DNA of 63,425 nt, filler included, from Bigelowiella natans CCMP2755 (lineage: Eukaryota > Protista > Cercozoa), in the NCBI GenBank assembly GCA_000320545.1. It is 4 parts of 4 records of this genome, joined end to end, with 100 filler letters (N's around TTAATTAATTAA, not from the genome) between each part and the next. Parts side by side here need not be neighbours in the genome. Positions count along the whole stretch, not along the records: positions 53,067 to 63,425 come from ADNK01000628.1; 3 more parts are not named here. One strand, given 5' to 3'. Numbering within the stretch: the stretch's first letter is position 1; every line of letters begins with the position of its first letter. A program made the translations under genes and the position numbers. Under the pieces are notes generated by a model that searched no databases, had not been told where the DNA came from, and was given only the letters and a program-made list of their open reading frames with translations. Shown here piece after piece: positions 53,067-63,425 of this stretch.

Positions 53067-54370
53067 GCCTCTAGCTTTACAACTGCTGTAAGATTTGAGT
53101 CAATATTTGTCAATATGGATCCCTGCTTAAACTGCGGTAAGTCGTGACCCGAAATGCTTAACCGTAAGGACTCCCCAGGGAAAGCTTGATTAAGATCCTC
53201 ACCACCAGCGGTCATTAAATTGACTGTTATTTCTTTCCCTTCTGGAAGCATTTTGAGAACATCCCCTACTTTCAATATCCCCGATTCCAGTTTTCCTGTT
53301 ACTTGAATATCACGTTCTTTGTAACTGCTAACTACCGGAAATATTATGTCTTTTTGCTCCGCATCGTCGTTCGGTAATTGCAGATTGTCCAGTATCTCTA
53401 TCAAACTAGGCCCTGAATAAAAGGGGCACCGTGATGACGATGGCGGAGTGACAAGCCCCTCACCTTGTAGACCTGATATCGGTAGAACTGTCACATCACG
53501 TGCTCTCCAACCAGCGTGTTTCAGGAATGGTAAAAGCTTATTTTGAATCTCTTCGAATCTACTCTTGCTCCACGTTTTCCCGTCTTCTAACACCACGGAG
53601 TTGTCATCTAGTTTGTTGATACACACAACAAGTTTTTTTACCCCTGCGGATTTTGCTAGTAATGCATGTTCCCTTGTTTGGCCACCCTTATCGAATCCGG
53701 TCTCGAATTCTCCTTTTCTTCCAGAAATAATTAGAATACCTACATCTGCTTGTGATGCACCACCTATCATGTGTGGAACGTAGCCCTTGTGTCCGGGAGC
53801 ATCTAAAATCGTAAATCTGGTCATATCTGTCTCAAAATATGCTTGCCCACATTCTTCCGTCTTCCCCTTGTTTCTTTCTCCTTCTGTTGTGTCCAGAGCA
53901 TACGCATATTTCCAGCTTTCTCTTCCTCGGTCGCGGGCATCCTTCTCACATTTGGCCATAGTCCGCTCATCTATTGATCCTGTCATTGCTAAGATGTGCC
54001 CTGCTATGGTTGATTTCCCGGCATCAACATGGCCAATGAATATAATGTTCATGTGGCGTTTGCGAGTACCATCTATACTCAGGGACTTCAACGAAAGCCG
54101 CTCATGGACATTGTTGCCACCCCCGCCTCCAGTTCTACCACGGGGAGTGACACAATTTTTGCATCTGTAATTCAGCTGAAAACTACAGCGGCGAGATATG
54201 AAGGGGAGACATCTGTTCAGAGAATCTGATGACAACGGTGGCAATCTGCTAAGATGGGTAAATTTGTAACCCTGCATGCGCTGTTGTCTGCTCCTCGCAT
54301 GAGCTGCTCTGTCGAACAGGGAGGACAGAGTAGGGGCTGAGCTGCATGAGGTGAGGGCTTTAGCAGTAGC

Positions 54371-54407
<37 letters not shown>

Positions 54408-54577
54408 ATAGTAGTAGTAGTAGTAGTCAAAGGTTGATAATAGCGATGATCCTGATTATCCGAATCATCGCTGCTTCCTTTGAAGGAGGAACGGGATGAA
54501 GAGGATAGGGTCGAAAGTTGCAGCAATAGCATCATGCTTGTCAATCTGGAAACGTTGTAGATTGTGGAATATCCCAT
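53067..54577 (-). CDS. eRF3: Eukaryotic release factor 3 (eRF3/SUP35/GSPT)-type translational GTPase with a long N-terminal leader; 3' end lost in the gap
   Basis: NIIFIGHVDAGKST, RESWKYAYALDT..ERNKGKT, FTILDAPGHKGYVPHMIGGASQAD, GEFETGFDKGGQTREH, INKLDD and PISG, followed by an EF-Tu domain II-like region. Confidence 0.88.
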
Positions 54578-54814
54578 GATGTCCTGTTCCTTATAAAATA
54601 ACCAATCGCAGCCTCTGTTCTATTTAGATGTACCTCCTGCTTGGTAGTGTCCAAAATATTTCAATATCTGCGGAGATTCTGAGAACGAGTTACATTTGTA
54701 GGAGGATAGGGTTGTAGGTGGGAGAGGGACAGCAACGCAGTGGTAGGTAGTCCTCCTCTTATTGTTTTTTAGCATCGTTGTTGTTCAATGGTGTTGTTCC
54801 CTAGTTAGGTAGGG

Positions 54815-54817
54815 GGA

Positions 54818-54851
<34 letters not shown>

Positions 54852-54962
54852 TCTCGGCTATTGCTACATGTACTACTACTACTACTACTACTTTCCTACT
54901 AGGAACTACTACTAGGATCCTACTACTACTAGGAACTACTACTAGGAAATTACTACTACTAT
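54815..54962. repeat. (TAC)n runs punctuated by AGGAA/AGGAT units
   Basis: Repeated TAGGAACTACTAC-like units in the eRF3/SUMF1 divergent spacer. ACAACAACTC-type repeats follow at about 55133-55195. Confidence 0.7.
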
Positions 54963-55439
54963 TTCCTATTTTCTACTAATATTTAGATAGTAGTTATAGG
55001 CTATTATTAGTTGCTAGGAATTTAGTTACAATTATTCTATTCGCATCCTTCACTTCCCCACCTATGTTTGTTTAGTTTAGTTATTCACAGATTAAGAACT
55101 GATTTTCATGTATCTAGATCTAGTATGGATGTACAACAACAACTCACAACAACCAACAACAACACACAACAACTCACAACAACTCACAACAACAAGATCC
55201 GGAGATCTATGAACAACACAACCCATAAGAGCTGTGTGTGCTCCAAAACTTGTACACCATTATGTCACACAAGTCTTCTTCTTCTTCTTCTTGACAAGAG
55301 ATACTAACGAAGTATCCGCGTCGTCATCATCATCATTCGGGCAAGGACGAGACGTGTAACACTTACTTCTTTTTACAGAGCGAGAAACACGGAAGTTGTA
55401 GGCCCGGAGGGGACGCTGTCGTCTTGACAGATCGAACAG

Positions 55440-57190
55440 ATGGCACCAAATATCTTCAGTCTCCTCGTCACCATTGTAGCTTTCTCCTCTACTTCGACAG
55501 CAACTTCACCCTCCTCCTCTTCCTCCTCCTCATCTTCTTCATGCGGATGCTCTGCAACCTCTCGAAATGCTGAGACGAAAGGAGGGGAATTTCAGTCGTC
55601 ATGCTCTTTCGAAGCTGATGGGCGTGAAGCTCTGCCACATTTAGAAGGGGAAGAATCGGAAAGTTCGTCGTCATTGATTGCGGAACATGAAGTTGTTTCT
55701 ATAAAGGGAGGTCAGGAATCATCTTCATATTGGCCGCACAAGCAGACATCTAAGTTATTATTCAACGTGTGTAAAAATTAGGTACTTTTTGGATGGGTAG
55801 CAACAAGCCCATTTATGACGGGGATGCGGAATCTCCGATGAGGAAGCGAACGGTTTCTTCAATATGAAAGAAGAAGAAACAGCAAGATACACTTTCCCTA
55901 CTATAATTATTTGCGGGACATCAAAGCAATAACAAGTGAAAATGAGAAGTGACGGGGATAAGAAGAAGGAGAGGGTGGTGATAATACGGTGTATAAGTTT
56001 TCTAAAGGTTATTTACTAATGGTTAGGTTTCTCATTTTTCCATCGACTCCGCTGAGGTTTCCAACAGAAAGTTTTTACAATTTGTTCAAGCTACCGGATA
56101 CAAAGTAGATGTAGTTATAGTTGTAGTAGCAGTGATTGGCTGTGTTTTCATCACCACCCTTGCCCTTTTGTCTTGTTTTACATGTCCCCATAGAAAATGA
56201 GAAATCATGATTACACTTCTATAATCAGACTGACTCGGAAAGATTCAATTGGTCGTTTGTTTTCGAACCACTTGTCCCACCACACATCAACAAACAGGTA
56301 GCCTTCGTCAGCCTATCATCTTTTAAAGGACAGTCGATTTGTTGTCGTATTTTTCTTCTTCATAGTCGTTTTCTTCTTTGTTTTTCTCCATCATCGATGA
56401 CATCGTCCTACTTTTACCGATCCGAAGTTCAGGTTCCAGTATACAATCATAATCATCATCATCATCCCATTTGCTTCTTTTTTAACGCCCTGGTCACATG
56501 CAGCAGCAGCGGGTTTTGACTATGTACACTTGCGTAAATTTACTATTATCTAGATTACGAAAAGCGTTGCTGGTGCAGAATGGTGGTTGCCTGTTGAAGG
56601 AGCATACTGGGTATTATATAAAAACATGCGTATTACAATTGTAAGCAATATGACACATCATGCTGATGTGTGGAATTCAATACTACTATCATGAATTTGT
56701 TACTGAGAAATCGTGTGTGATCATCAATCAAGGCACGACCATTTGGAGGCAGTAAAGGGATTGAAGAAATATTAGACCACCCAGTTGTCCATGTATGATG
56801 AACATGAGAAGAAGGATACACTAATGATACATACATACTACTACACTTCCTTTTTTATCATCCTTAATATTCAACACCTCATTTTTCCGTCAAAAGAATA
56901 ATATCACACGCTCATCATCATCTTGTTCAATATCATCATCAATATCATTTGCATCAAGCATTATCATCATCATCATTATCATTATCGTGAAGTGTCCAAT
57001 CATCCTCATTAGATTATTCGATATTCTTCCACTGCTGCTGCTATTGTTGTTGCCGCATCATAGGTTTCATGGAACGATGCAGTTGCTTATTGCAAATGGA
57101 AAGGGTATAATAACGACGCGATACTATGTTGTTTGTTCCCAGAATTATTCTAATCCTTTCATCACGATTTTTCTTATCAACTAAATAATG

Positions 57191-57236
<46 letters not shown>

Positions 57237-57322
57237 GAATAATAATGCAACATTTGACAATAAGGATGAGGCTTCCGACAGAGGCAGAGTGGGAATATGC
57301 AGCACGGGGTACTAACAAACTT

Positions 57323-57365
<43 letters not shown>

Positions 57366-57463
57366 TATATTTGGAGTATTATAGGATAGCATTACTACTA
57401 CTATTACTAATGAATCTGAACCATCATTAATTATAAAATAGACGACAGGATGCATCTGTTACT

Positions 57464-57530
<67 letters not shown>

Positions 57531-57611
57531 TCATCCTACGATGATCGATCCTTCAAGTTACATATTATCTCATCATCGATACGATACTCTGCTACTCCTC
57601 TATGCTTACTA

Positions 57612-57643
<32 letters not shown>

Positions 57644-58092
57644 CACTACTACTACAATGCCCGACAATAATAAACTATGGGGACTATGGTAGCAATATTC
57701 ATTATACGATATTAATACTATGAATCGAATAATTAAGGAGGAAAAGAGAAAAGGTTATTTCCGTGGGGAAATCTGATTATGCCGAGAGGTTGTAGTAAGT
57801 AAATTAAGTAAGTATTAGTAGGCATATATTTGTTATTTATTTAGATTAGCATTGTATCTTACTATGCTATGTAAGAAGATTTAGAATAAAAATAAGAATG
57901 TTAACAAGAAGGAGACTAGGAATAAAAGCAAGTTGGTGATTGGATATCTGATGGGTAGATTTCTATGCTTTTAATACGAAATATTGATAGTACCATTGCG
58001 ATTTGATTCACAGGAGAACATCGAATGAATGCATGGCAGGGAAACTTAGCTAAAGGCAGTTATTTCTGTGGCGTTTCTAGGTATAATATAAA

Positions 58093-58128
<36 letters not shown>

Positions 58129-58974
58129 AACGACAAGTGCATATCCGGAAATCCTTACAAACGAGCACATTTGAATTATATGCAACAACGCATAGTGCTC
58201 AATGAAATCATTGCAGCAATGATGATGATGATGTCATCATGATGACCATGGTGATGATGGTACTCATCGTCGTCATTACATTGATGTTTTTCATCATGAT
58301 TCACATTTCCGCTACTAACTACTACTACTACTCTACTACTTGGAAAGATGAGTGTTGTTCCGAACGATCACATATCATTTGCACAATGAACTACTTCTCC
58401 TCGATCACAAATTATCAACAACTTACTTCTAACACAAACAACGGCAATGGCTGCATTATAATTCTTAGGACAAGTGGAAAACCACAGATTTGCAAGAATA
58501 CTGCCGGTACTCCTCCTCTCCTCCTCCTAGTATTCCCACCTCTATCGATGCTACTGCTGCTGCTAGATATAATGATGTCGAGAGTGAGTAATGCGCCAAA
58601 TGACATCATTCATGGCAACAACGTCTGTCAGCATTTGAAAATAAGAAAGAAAACACCACATGTGCTACTATTGAATATTATTAATTTAGACGATGATGAT
58701 GATAAGTACTGGAGTATTACAATCAGCCATGAATTAGTCACTCACTCACGTGTAATTTCTATTTATTGCAGAAGATGGTTTCGAGTTTACTGCACCGGTT
58801 AAATCAATGGGTACGAAGAAGCGAGAGTTGTTTATGATGATGATGATGATGATGATGATGATCATGATCATGATCATGATTTAACATACATCATCATCCG
58901 TCTTTCATCAAGAGAAGTTAATGTTCCTTCTTTTCACCCAGTAGTATAGTATTATACCTTCTTCATATCGATAT

Positions 58975-59018
<44 letters not shown>

Positions 59019-59292
59019 ATCTTGATTGTTGTTGTACTACTTACTTACAATAGGAGTTCAAAATAAATATGGATTGTACCACATCGTTGGAAACGTGTGG
59101 GAGTGGGTCAGGTGCGTGCTTGCTGCTGCCAATATATTTTGTATCGTCGATTCCAGTCATCACCACTTCACTCACTCACTCACTCACTCACTCACGGTAG
59201 TGTTGCAAAGGAATGCACTCTGCCGTATCAACGCTACAATAATAATATTTTCAATGATAATAATAATAATACGTAGCTGCTCAAAGCTACTA

Positions 59293-59338
<46 letters not shown>

Positions 59339-59926
59339 GATCAGTGATTATTGGTCGACAGTACACAATCCTGAGCCAGAGGTAATTTCCGTTGATTATT
59401 CTTTACGAGATGCATCATCACCATGTGGAACAATGTTAGTTGCATCGAACAACCTATTAAGGATTTATTCAAGTGTTTGGTAGTAATAATGACCTAGTGC
59501 TGTTGTTTGCTTTCACACCATCGTTTGTTACATTCATTCAGGTAGATCCTAAAGGCCCTGAAAGTCACGCATCTAATGAAAGAGTTAAAAAGGGTACTAC
59601 TACTTACTACTACTACCACTACTACTACTAGTTACTATTACTACTACCACGTATATTACTACACACAGACGATTCTGTCAACAAGCTGCAACAATCTAAT
59701 TCCGATTTCTTCCTACTAAAATTTAGGTGGATCTTTTCTTTGTAATGAAAAGTTTTGCAATCGATATCGAGTAGCTGCAAGGTTGCTGCTGAATATGTTT
59801 TAATTTGTATAGATGATGATCGTGTGTGACAACATTAATGAAAATTATTAATGCGTTAGGAGTCACAACACTGCTGACAGCGGGGCCAGTAATCTTGGTT
59901 TTCGGTGCGCAAAAAGTGATAATTAG
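55440..59926 (+). CDS. SUMF1: Formylglycine-generating enzyme / sulfatase-modifying factor 1 (many small exons)
   Basis: Signal peptide plus CGC motif; TFWMGS, EVSN..F..FV.ATGY, WSFVFE, WWLPVEGAYW, HPVVHVSWNDAVAYCKW, RLPTEAEWEYAARG, FPWG, GLYHIVGNVWEW, KKGGSFLCNESFCNRYRVAAR and SNLGFRCA. Stop 59924-59926. Confidence 0.93.
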
Positions 59927-60177
59927 GAAGCACGCAGAGTTGTAAATATATTCAACCTCCAAGTTCATTATGATATGATACTAATCTTATACGATATCTC
60001 AATTGGACCATTGATTGTACTGCTACATTTTCCTACTGGAAATCGTGCACGCACGGTCGTGATCGTATAATCGATTGAGCGCAATGCGCATCTAGCTACG
60101 CTGCCATACAGTTTCACCTCTTTAAATGTCTCTGCTGACTATGACACATACACACGCACGCACACGCACGCATTGTG

Positions 60178-60213
<36 letters not shown>

Positions 60214-60803
60214 CGTGCATCGACCTGGTGGTAGTAGTGATTATTGTACGGTGATCTAGCGTGCTTATTGCTACGGAGACAAATTACAGTCTTTGCGATG
60301 CTGTGGAGTAGTCAATTTCCTTGCTCATGCATAACTAGATTGAAAACGGATTGCGTGGCCGCAGATACCAACTGCGCATGGTGGGCATTAGTGCACTTAC
60401 GCTACAAAACACGTCGTAGTAATTTTGAGGTTCACTGCTAGACTGTCAGAGCCCAGCCATGCATTTTGGCGACTGGATCGAATGTTGGCGCGTACTAGCG
60501 TCATAGCACGAGTTAGCTGCACATATTAGCCTACTTTGAATTCAGCCCAGCACACATATTGCATCGATCTAGACGTACAAACAAAAGGAAATTAATAACA
60601 CATGAAAAATGTGAGTCTTCAAGAAGCTATGTAGCATAAGCGTACGTAGTAGCTTGCATGCAGCAGTATCCACATACAGCTGCTGCTACATAATAGAAAC
60701 TTATTTAAACATCATAAATGTTTTATGAATATGTCATGATCTCATTTCTCTTCCCTATAATGCTGCTGTTTTTTAAGAGACCCCAACCTCTGAGCATAGA
60801 GAT

Positions 60804-62410
60804 TCAGTTTGAACTGAATTCGGTGAGAAGATTATTTCGGTAACATGCAGCCAATTTTGCATAGGTTTGTGCACTTTTATAGATGTTCTCGATCTCCTTC
60901 GATGTTCATAAAGCAGAGATGTTAAATTTTAAAGACAGATGACAAGAACAATACTCTTAGTCAACGATATTCTAAGGAATTATGTAATGCACCTTTTCAG
61001 TGAGTTTTCTCATCAGTTTTGCAGGCTGGCCCTTTAAAAACAACGATTAATAAATTTATCAATTTATTAAATAAGTGATGTACTTAAAACACAATATTCA
61101 ATTACGAAACAATATTTCATTCGGTTGATTATGTAAATTACTATCCATACTCATCAACCCCTGTCGTGATCTCGATCATGGATATCATTATCATGTCATC
61201 ATCATCATCATCACATATCTAAACGAAATAGAAATAAATACCGCCCATAATTCTCCAGTGCCAACTATTTTCCCAGGGGTAAGTAAAGCGCCTACAGCAG
61301 TAAGTATGTATGTAGGTAGGTAGGTAGGTAGGTAGGTATCATTTTCATTATACTAAAAGTTATCATTACCCGCTGCCAACATTCCATGAGTCTTCACAAC
61401 GGCACCATCCATCACACAAGCCTTGTATGTTGTTTTTGTTGGTGGTGATGGCGGTATTGTTGTTATAATTGACACAAGTAGTAGTAGCAGTAGTAGTATT
61501 AATAGGAGTCGTTCATCATTTGCTCTTCTTATTCTTATTATTATAGCCAGCTGTAACCCCACGCTCACACGGTTAGACATAAGCTGATGGTAACATGAGC
61601 AAACTTGGAAGGAAAAGAAGATACCATGACTACAAAGATATGAATGATATATTGTATATCATTCTTCAATACATCAACGTATCAAGAGTTGTGGGATTTT
61701 ATTTAAGAATTAGTACAATTCTTCCACGAATACTTACTACCTTCATTCCGACAAATGCATTGTCCTCAATGATACATGCATGCAATAAAGCCATGTGGCC
61801 AATCTGCGTGTTTATTGTGGACGTAACTCATAAACAGCAGGACATGTTGAGAAGAAGAAGAACAAGAAGAAGAAGAAGAGACTCTTTGCTGATGACAACG
61901 TTCTTATAACCTACTACCACTCTCCATAATTATTTCAAATACTGTGATATCATGTCATTATCATCATCATTCAACATCATCATCACATTTTTATACCGTA
62001 ACTCCATCTCCAATGATTGTATTTAATTTCCCTTTTGTCCCTGATTATTTCCATAAAAACGATGATGATGATAAATGGGTAGTTTGCACCGCTCGAGCAA
62101 TATCAGCAGTGTAGTATCTACTATTGTGGACGAGAATAGTACAATCATTCACTCTCTTTATTTTGGTTGCAGCAGTATTTTGTGTGAGCAGCCTCTCATT
62201 AGAAGAGAAACCGCTGCCTTGTTTCAACTTGATGGATAATATTACGTGGTACTTGCTATTACTACATGATTGCCTTGTTGTTCACTTGCTACATGGATCA
62301 CAGTCCCTTGCTACTACTACTACTACTACTACCACTACTACATCATTGCCTTGTTGTTCACTTGCTACATGGATCACAGTTCCATCCTGTTGGTATAGAT
62401 TTAAAACCAT

Positions 62411-62442
<32 letters not shown>

Positions 62443-63336
62443 CGCGACAATAAGCCACAAGTTGTGTTTTTGCTGGATATCGTGTTCAAAGGTGCATCTG
62501 CTAACAAACCTGAATATTCGTATTCTTCCCAATTTGAATACTCTGTGTATTTATGGCAGGATAGAATAATGTGGTGATAAATAACAATTTCACAACCGAT
62601 TGCATGTGCCAACAAGAAAGAAAATTGAAATGTTGCGGTTGTCGCATACATGTGCTCCTCCCTTCCTTGTCTTTCTCAAATTGAAAGAAATGGATAAACC
62701 GAATTATGAATACGCTGGCAATCTCTTCTCTCCTTCTCATTTATTACCGCAACATCACCTCGAAGCACACAGTTATACCACTGATGATATGACAGATGTT
62801 ACCACATTAGGGGAAAAACATATCTAAGCTCAAATCATGGAAGAAGAAGAAGAAGAAGAAGAAGAAGAAGAAGAAGAAGAAGAAGAAGAAGAAGAAGAAG
62901 AAGAAGAAGAAGAAGAAGAAGAAGAAGAAGAAGAAGAAGAAGAAGAAGAAGAAGAAGAAGAAGAAGAAGAACAACAACAACAACAACAGCAAGAACAACT
63001 TACAATTGAGGCTCCTTCGCTAACTTTGACGTTTTGGACTAGGATTGCTCCTTTTGCAACATAAGCATCGTTGTCTATCTGCGGTGCCTATTTTACCATC
63101 GATCATACAATATATGAATATCAGATCTTAGATCAGCAGCTGGATATCATCGTTAAGGCGACCTGCATTTCGATGATACCTCTACCAGCAGCAGCATCAG
63201 CTGTTGTAGCCATTCCTGATGCTTTGCATTGCTGTCGCCATCCCCTCCCTCTTCGGATGATTATTTGCGACGGAGCGAAGATGCATCTTCCAATGTTAGC
63301 TAGAGTTGATGCAGCAGCAGGCAAGCGAGAAATCAT
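60804..63336 (-). CDS. Gamma-class carbonic anhydrase / hexapeptide-repeat protein with mitochondrial-like presequence
   Basis: Spliced exons AYVAKGAILVQNVKVSEGASI|WYNCVLRGDVA|SIQIGKNTNIQ|DGTVIHVA|..NTIIGDGVT|IGHMALLHACIIEDNAFVGMK|ACVMDGAVV..GMLAAG|ALLTPGK..GELWAG|RPAKLMRKLT. Three candidate metal-ligand His (VIH, IGH, LLH). Leader MISRLPAAASTL. Confidence 0.88.
62840..62971. repeat. (GAA)44 trinucleotide tract followed by (CAA)n, intronic
   Basis: 132-nt perfect GAA run inside a gamma-CA intron. Confidence 0.95.
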
Positions 63337-63425
63337 TGTCCAGAAGCAACTGATGTTGTAATAAATATATTCGTCCAGTTGTTTAGTCATGCAGATCTGC
63401 GCTTGGTTGTATTAGGAGGGAGGGG

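Noticed and set aside
62807-63064. Poly-Glu / poly-Phe ORFs
   Set aside because: Translation of an intronic (GAA)44 tract. The same applies to the poly-His, -Tyr, -Thr and ERER ORFs elsewhere.

Overview
Gene-dense, intron-rich eukaryotic nuclear DNA, not prokaryotic. It has GT-AG introns, many microsatellites and three 100-nt assembly gaps, each holding an artificial TTAATTAATTAA linker. Signal-plus-transit-type leaders on an ABCD transporter and an eRF3 point to an alga with a secondary plastid, possibly a chlorarachniophyte (inference only). Recognisable genes: PP2A catalytic subunit, an NFKBIL1-like HPD protein, a RanBP2-finger SNF2 N-lobe protein, a GT25 glycosyltransferase, RTRAF/CGI-99, a kinesin-light-chain-type TPR protein, an ABCD transporter, a Zn2Cys6-UBA protein, a roughly 2,900-aa orphan with a degenerate SF2 helicase and putative ubiquitin-like repeats, a PDZ-like protein, TMEM33, eRF3, SUMF1/FGE and a gamma-class carbonic anhydrase. 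The most striking unexplained signal is non-coding. Spacers downstream of gene 3' ends, mostly between convergent genes, have almost no TpA except inside CTAG, are rich in TpG/CpA and keep CpG. This looks like a targeted, context-specific TpA->TpG/CpA ('reverse-RIP') mutational system that spares promoters, exons and most introns. Exon boundaries were read by eye and are approximate.
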